This document shows positions 58,087 to 64,000 of a stretch of DNA of 64,000 bases, in pieces; position 1 is the stretch's first letter; each line of letters opens with the position of its first letter. Under the pieces are notes generated by a model. It ran no database searches. It was given only the letters and a program-made list of their open reading frames with translations, and was not told the DNA's origin. Where the stretch lies: contig CAVXVB010000009.1 in NCBI GenBank assembly GCA_963765205.1, positions 608,001 to 672,000 of the forward strand. The letters run 5' to 3'. The DNA comes from an uncultured Verrucomicrobiae bacterium (GTDB taxonomy: Bacteria > Verrucomicrobiota > Verrucomicrobiia > Opitutales > JABDGR01). Position numbers and translations under genes: made by a program.

Positions 58087-60619
58087 TTATCGTTGCCAGA
58101 TGATCCGGGCGTCTTCGAGGGGGATGGCGACGCCGTCGCAATGCGGCATCAGGCGTGCGGTATAGTCACCCGGCGGGCGGGCGGCGGGCACGGTCGCGCT
58201 ATAAACGAAGCCGCCGGCGGTGCCGGCCAGCGGGTGAAGGCGCGTCATTTCCAGCCGCACGGGCGCGGCGCCATTGAGGCCGTTGGCATAAAGTTCGACA
58301 AGCACCGTGCCGGGGTCGAGGTCATTGAACAAGACTTGCACCGCAAAAATGTGCTGCCCGTCGCGCGTGGCAATATTCAAGTCACCGAAGCGAACGGCGC
58401 TCCACTTGCGCTCGATCTCGTGGTGCCAATCCACCATATTGCGGGCGGTGGTGCCTTTATTGGCCGCGCGGGCGCGGTAGGCGGAAGCGGCGGGGAGATA
58501 ATGCTGCTCGGTGTATTCACGCACGGTGCGGCTGGCGGCAAAACGGGGGGTGAGCCGGGCCATACTTTCGCGCATCCTCGCCACCCAGGCGATGGGGATG
58601 CCTTGGTTGTCACGGGTATAAAATTCCGGGACCACCTCATGTTCGAGCCGCTCATACAGCGCCTCGGCTTCGGCGGCGTCCCAAGCGGGATCGTCGCCAT
58701 GCTCCTGGCCGTCGCCCAAAGCCCAGCCGACTTCCGGCGCGTAGGCTTCCGCCCACCAGCCGTCGAGTTCGGAGAGGTTGAGGCCGCCGTTGACGAGCAC
58801 CTTCATGCCGCTGGTGCCGCTGGCTTCCCACGGGCGGCGGGGCGTGTTGACCCAGAACGTCCACGCCCTGCACCAATTGTTCGGCCAACAACATGTCGTA
58901 ATCAGCCAAAAAGATCACCGGCGGATTGGCGTCGGTGCGCCGGATAAAGCGCATCCAATCCTGAATCAAGGCTTGGCCTTCGTGGTCGGCCGGATGCGCC
59001 TTGCCGGCGATGATAAGCTGCGCGGGGTGTTGGGGATTTTTCAGAATGCGGAGCAGCCGCTCGGGGTCGCGCAACAGGAGGTTGGGTCGTTTGTAACTGG
59101 CAAAGCGGCGGGCGAAACCGAGGGTCAGCACGCCGGGTTCCAGCCGGGCTTTGATGCGGGCGGTGGCCTCGGGATCGAAACCGCGGGCCAACATTTGCCG
59201 GCCAACGCGCTCGCGGGAAAATTCGACAAGGATTTTGCGGCTGGTATTGCGGAGCGCCCACAGTTTTTCATTTGAGACCCGGCGGAAGTCCGGCTCGAGC
59301 GTGGTGGAGGTTTCGAGCCAGCGATCTTTGCCGCAGGCCTCCGTCCACAGATCGTCCGCCGCGGCGGAATCCCAGGTGGGCATATGCACGCCATTGGTGA
59401 CGTGGCCGACTGGGACTTCGCCGACCGGCCAGCGGGGAAAGAGCGGGGAAAAGATGTGCCGGCTGACCAGGCCGTGCAACTGGCTGACCCCATTAACTGT
59501 CCCACTGCCACGCATGGCCAAATACGCCATATTGAACGGTTCGCTCGCATCGTCAGGATTGCGGCGGCCGAGCGCCAGCAGTTCGCGCAGGGAAATGCCC
59601 AATTTGTCCTGCGCATAGTGGCCGAGATATTGTTCCAGCAAGGCCGGGGAAAAAAGGTCGAAGCCGGCGGGGACGGCGGTATGGGTGGTAAAGAGATTGC
59701 CGGCGCGCGTGGCCGCGAGGGCGACGACGAAAGACTGACCGCTCTCGGCCATGAAGCTCCGGGCGCGTTCGAGCAAGGCGAAGGCGGCATGGCCCTCGTT
59801 GAGGTGGCAGACCTCCGGCTTGACCCCGAGCGCAACCAGCAGGCGCCAACCGCCGATCCCGAGGAGCATTTCCTGCTTCAACCGTAATTCCGCGCCGCCG
59901 CCGTAAAGCTCGCTTGAGATTCCGCGATGTTCGGGAACGTTGGCGGCGTCGTTGGTGTCCAGCAGGTATAGTTTCACCCGGCCGACCTGGACCTGCCAGG
60001 CGCGCAGCCAGACGGAATAACCGGGCAGGACGATTTCCAAACGCAGCAAGTCCCCGTTGGGCTGGCGCACGGGGGTGACGGGCAATTGGCCGGGTTCGTT
60101 ATAAGGATAAAGGGCTTGTTGCGCGCCGTCGCGGTCAATCACCTGGCGAAAATAGCCCTGTTGGTAGAGCAACCCGACGCCGACTACCGGCACACCCAGG
60201 TCGCTGGCGGCTTTGAGCTGGTCGCCGGCCACATTGCCGAGGCCGCCCGAATAAATCGGCAGGGCCTCGCTCAGCATGAATTCCATGCAAAAATAGGCGA
60301 CGCAAGTGAGGGGCGATGGAGAATGCTTCTGCTGAAACCATGCGGGCGAGGTGGTCGCCTTCCGTTTGGCTTGGACGAGGCGGTCCAGCAATTGGCAGAA
60401 GTTAGGGTCGGCGAGGGCCTGGGCCAGTTTTTCGCGCGAGACGCATTCGAGCACGACATTGGGATGATAAGTGAGCGCCCAGAGTGCGGGGTCCAGCCGC
60501 CGCCACAATTCGTCCGCCCCGTGATTCCACGACCAGCGCAGATCGAGGGCCAGCTCGGCCAGCGCGTTGAGGCCCTGGGGCGGAAGGGGGGGAGAACTGC
60601 CGGGAGTGGATTCGCTCAT
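58087..60619 (-). pseudogene. glgP: Alpha-glucan (glycogen) phosphorylase with a single +1 frameshift (real or sequencing error)
   Basis: YSGGLG, LNEGH, FARRFASYKR and AGKAHP. GVDV|([18 protein letters not shown]) is split by an extra base at 58856-58857. Length 2533 = 3n+1. Confidence 0.88.
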
Positions 60620-60655
60620 ATAATTAATAATTAAAAAACATGATGGTATTGGCTT

Positions 60656-62311
60656 TTAAGTTGCCACGGGCGCGGCCAGCGTTGCGCTGACGATGGTCTG
60701 GGCTTCGGCCTGGATGCGGTGCAGGTGATCCGCGCCCAGGAAGCTCTCCGCATAAATTTTGTAGATATTCTCGGTGCCGGAGGGGCGGGCGGCGAACCAG
60801 CCGTTGGCCGTCGCCACTTTCAACCCGCCGAGGGGCGCGCCGTTGCCCGGCGCGTGGGTGAGGACAGTTTGAATTTTTTCCCCAGCCAGCTCGGTGAGTT
60901 TAACCTGCTGCGGCGAAAGCTTCGCCAGGAGTTTCTTTTGCTCCGGTGTGGCGGGCGCCTCGACGCGGTCGTAGACCGGGTCGCCCAATTCTTGCGTAAG
61001 TTGGCGGTAAAGTATGCCGGGGTCTTTGCCCGACCGGGCCAAGATTTCCGCCGCGAGCAGGCAGGGAATAAAGCCGTCCTTGTCCGTTGACCAAACGCTG
61101 CCATCGCGGCGGACAAAGGACGCGCCGGCGCTTTCCTCGCCGCCGAAGCCGAGGGAGCCGTCAAATAATCCCGGAGCGAACCATTTAAAGCCAACCGGGA
61201 CATCGAAGAGTTTCCGGCCCAGTTTCGCGGCAATGCGGTCTATCAACTGGCTGCTGACAACGGTTTTCCCAACTGCGGCAGCCTGGGGCCACTGGGGCCG
61301 GTTTTGAAAAAGATGGAAGATCGCGGCGCACAGGTAATGGTTGGGCGGGAGCAGTCCGGCGCTTTGTGTGACAATGCCGTGCCGGTCATGGTCGGGGTCG
61401 CAGGCGAAGGAGAGATCGAAGCGGTCCTTCATGGCGATTAAACTCTGCATGGCGTAGGACGACGAGGGGTCCATGCGAATCTGGCCATCCCAATCCACTG
61501 TCATGAAGCGGAAGGTGGCATCAACCACCGGGTTGACGACGGTGAGATTCAGGCCGTATTGCTCGCCGATGCGCCCCCAGTAATGGACGCCGGCGCCGCC
61601 AAGCGGGTCCACGCCCAAATTGAGTTTCGCGCCGCGGATGGCGTCGAGATCCACCACATTGCCGAGGTCGGGAATGTAAACGGAGAGATAATCGTGCCGG
61701 TGAGTGGTGGCGGCGGCGAGGGCCTTCGCCAGTGGCACGCGCAAGACGCCTTGGAGGCGCGCTTCAAGAAATTCATTGGCTTTCTTTTCGATCCAACTGG
61801 TCGCCACGGTGTCCGCCGGGCCGCCGTTGGTCGGGTTATACTTGAAGCCTCCATCGGGAGGCGGATTGTGCGAGGGTGTGACGACAATGCCATCGGCCGG
61901 GCCGGACATGCGGCCGCGATTGTAGGTCAGGATCGCATGGGAAATGACCGGGGTGGGCGTGTATTCGCCGCCGGCGGCGATCATGACCTCGACACCGTTG
62001 GCGGCGAGCACCTCGAGCGCGGTGGCGTGGGCGGGGATCGAGAGCGCATGGGTGTCGATGCCGAGAAAGAGCGGGCCGTCGGTGCCCTGCTGCTGGCGGT
62101 AGAGGCAGATGGCCTGGGTGATCGCGAGGATGTGGTCTTCATTGAAAGACCGGAGGAAGGCCGAGCCGCGGTGGCCGGAGGTGCCGAAGGACACGCGCTG
62201 GGCGGGCACCGCGGGGTCGGGGGATTCAGAGAAGTAGGCCGTGACGAGCTTCGCCACGTCCACGAGCATGTCCGGCGTGGCTGGTTTACCGGCGAGAGGG
62301 CTGATATTCAT
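60656..62311 (-). CDS. pgm: Phosphoglucomutase (alpha-D-glucose-1,6-bisphosphate dependent)
   Basis: FGTSGHRG, TPSHNPP, DPDHDRHG, GEESAG and ARPSGTE motifs. Confidence 0.96.
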   Translation of the reverse strand: MNISPLAGKPATPDMLVDVAKLVTAYFSESPDPAVPAQRVSFGTSGHRGSAFLRSFNEDHILAITQAICLYRQQQGTDGPLFLGIDTHALSIPAHATALEVLAANGVEVMIAAGGEYTPTPVISHAILTYNRGRMSGPADGIVVTPSHNPPPDGGFKYNPTNGGPADTVATSWIEKKANEFLEARLQGVLRVPLAKALAAATTHRHDYLSVYIPDLGNVVDLDAIRGAKLNLGVDPLGGAGVHYWGRIGEQYGLNLTVVNPVVDATFRFMTVDWDGQIRMDPSSSYAMQSLIAMKDRFDLSFACDPDHDRHGIVTQSAGLLPPNHYLCAAIFHLFQNRPQWPQAAAVGKTVVSSQLIDRIAAKLGRKLFDVPVGFKWFAPGLFDGSLGFGGEESAGASFVRRDGSVWSTDKDGFIPCLLAAEILARSGKDPGILYRQLTQELGDPVYDRVEAPATPEQKKLLAKLSPQQVKLTELAGEKIQTVLTHAPGNGAPLGGLKVATANGWFAARPSGTENIYKIYAESFLGADHLHRIQAEAQTIVSATLAAPVAT

Positions 62312-62493
62312 GATGGGTGCGGCAAGGTTTGCCACAGAATCCGCCCGTTTACCAGCCTAGGCGGCGGGAAAAATCTGCCCCAATATAAAACTTGGGCGGT
62401 CAGTTTGCCATGGGGTGTCCACCTCCATGGGGGTGGTTTTCGGCTGGAGTGGGAATTGCTTGCGCTAAGCACAACGCAACGATAACTCCCGAC

Positions 62494-63798
62494 ATGCGCA
62501 TTACTGATTTGCGGGTTCATTCGATTGCCATTGCCGATCCACCGTTGCGGAGTTCCTACGGTCTGCATGCGCCGTATGCGTTGCGCACGATTATCGAACT
62601 GGAGAGCGACGCGGGGGTCATTGGTATTGCCGAGACTTATGGGGGTGAGGCGCAGGTGAAGCAGATTGAGGCGCTGCGCGTGCAAATTATCGGCGCGAAT
62701 CCGTGCCGGTTGACGGGGTTTCTTTCGCCGCTGGTGGAGGGGGAGGGTGGGGGCGATGCGCGGTCGCAGACTTACCATGTGCCGGGGGAAAATCCGCTGG
62801 ATGCGAACACGCGCACGTTTGCCGCGATTGAGGTGGCCTGCCTGGATCTTGTCGGCAAGACGGTGGGGCAGCCGGTGTGCGATTTGATCGGCGGGCGGGT
62901 GCGCGACGAGGTGCCGTTTTCCGCGTATCCGTTCTACAAGCATCCGGGCGGCGGGGGCGAGGGCGCGGATGCGCGCGCGGATGAATATGGCGAGGCGCTG
63001 ACGCCGGCGGCGCTGGTGCGGCAGACGCAGCAGATGATTGCCCAATACGGATTTGGCTCGATCAAGTTCAAGGGCGGCGTGCTGGCGCCGGATTTGGAAA
63101 TCGAAACCATCCGGGAACTTTACCGCGCGCTCGGGCCGCAGGTGCCGCTGCGGATTGACCCGAACTCGGCGTGGACGGTGGAAACGTCGGTGCGCGTGGG
63201 GCGGGCGCTGGCGGTCGAACTCGGGCGGGGGGGTTACCTGGAAGACCCAACGGCGGGTTTGGATAACATGGCGGAAGTGCGCCGGCGGCTGTTGGCGGAG
63301 GGCATCGAGACGCCGCTGGCCAGCAATGTCGCCGTGACCTCGTTCGCGGATATTCCGCGGTCGGTGAAAATGGACGCGGTGCAAATTATTTTGTGCGATC
63401 ATCATTACTGGGGCGGGATACGGCAGGTGCAGCATTTGGCGCGGCTGGCGAAGACGTTCGGCCTCGGGCTTTCGATGCACTCGAACAGCCATCTGGGGGT
63501 GTCGTTGATGGCGATGGCGCACGTCGCGGCGGCGACGCCGCACCTGACCTACGCCTGCGACACGCATTATCCCTGGCAGTCGGCGCAGGACGAAGTGGTG
63601 CTCGGCGGGCGCATTCTAATTAAAAACGGTTGCGTGCGCATTCCCGACAAGCCGGGCCTGGGCGTGGAGCTGGATTATGACCAATTGGCGCGCGGACGCG
63701 AGCGTTACGCGAAATGTCCCTACCGCAAACGCGACGACGAACTGGAAATGCGCAAGCATGTGGACCCGGCTTGGAAACGGGTGTTGCCGCGGTGGTAG
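62494..63798 (+). CDS. Glucarate dehydratase-related enolase-superfamily enzyme
   Basis: KFKGGV, LRIDPN, YLEDP, SMHSNSHLG, DTHYPWQ and PGLGVELD motifs. Confidence 0.85.
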   Translation: MRITDLRVHSIAIADPPLRSSYGLHAPYALRTIIELESDAGVIGIAETYGGEAQVKQIEALRVQIIGANPCRLTGFLSPLVEGEGGGDARSQTYHVPGENPLDANTRTFAAIEVACLDLVGKTVGQPVCDLIGGRVRDEVPFSAYPFYKHPGGGGEGADARADEYGEALTPAALVRQTQQMIAQYGFGSIKFKGGVLAPDLEIETIRELYRALGPQVPLRIDPNSAWTVETSVRVGRALAVELGRGGYLEDPTAGLDNMAEVRRRLLAEGIETPLASNVAVTSFADIPRSVKMDAVQIILCDHHYWGGIRQVQHLARLAKTFGLGLSMHSNSHLGVSLMAMAHVAAATPHLTYACDTHYPWQSAQDEVVLGGRILIKNGCVRIPDKPGLGVELDYDQLARGRERYAKCPYRKRDDELEMRKHVDPAWKRVLPRW

Positions 63799-63826
63799 GG
63801 CTTCCCCACTTTTGCGGTAAAAATCC

Positions 63827-63854
63827 ACCACAAAAACCACAAAAACCACAAAAG
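63827..63854. repeat. Nonamer tandem repeat (ACCACAAAA)x3
   Basis: Visible directly downstream of the last gene. Confidence 0.7.
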
Positions 63855-64000
63855 TGGAATGAGGCTGCTGGATTCCCATCTGACGCACCCCCAGCCGGTA
63901 TTGTCTTAATTTCGATTGGGCGGGTTTTACAATTAGCTGGGGTTGGGCTAAGTTGCCTCATTGTGGCGTGGGCTTATAATAGGGCAGAATCTTTTATCGC

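Noticed and set aside
1..64000. tRNA, rRNA, prophage or integrase genes
   Set aside because: None recognised by eye; a tRNAscan/Infernal run would be needed to exclude small RNAs.

Overview
High-GC bacterial chromosome segment, most consistent with Verrucomicrobiota/Opitutales (PEP-CTERM protein, W-x-x-x-DP-x-AA repeat proteins, GxxExxY-style intergenic palindromes). It is mostly housekeeping and metabolic genes: CCA enzyme, hemW, family-4 UDG, patB, Lrp plus aminotransferase, der, mbfA, typA, fmt, parB, secG, icd, prolyl oligopeptidase, glgP, pgm and a glucarate dehydratase-like enzyme. Accessory content has six parts. (1) An IS1595-family element (1-2166), missed by the ORF track, carrying a regulator and a PEP-CTERM gene as cargo. 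(2) An Hpt / receiver / small protein / orphan GspE-PilB ATPase module. (3) The strongest candidate for an uncharacterised system: ECF sigma -> anti-sigma-like/PATR/vWA fusion (1343 aa) -> internally duplicated 2172-aa envelope protein, with the same CTAA-N17-CGTC promoter motif before the first two genes. (4) An IS630 that disrupts one of two small membrane-protein paralogs. (5) A degenerate IS1-like remnant with a low-GC cargo gene. (6) A lone low-GC nuclease-like gene. Two gene-breaking +1 insertions share the same 10-mer context (GACGTTCTGG), which points to a motif-linked sequencing artefact, possibly caused by DNA modification. Many intergenic spacers hold inverted 7-mer or 9-mer arrays and REP-like palindromes. 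All calls come from reading the sequence by eye; no searches were run.
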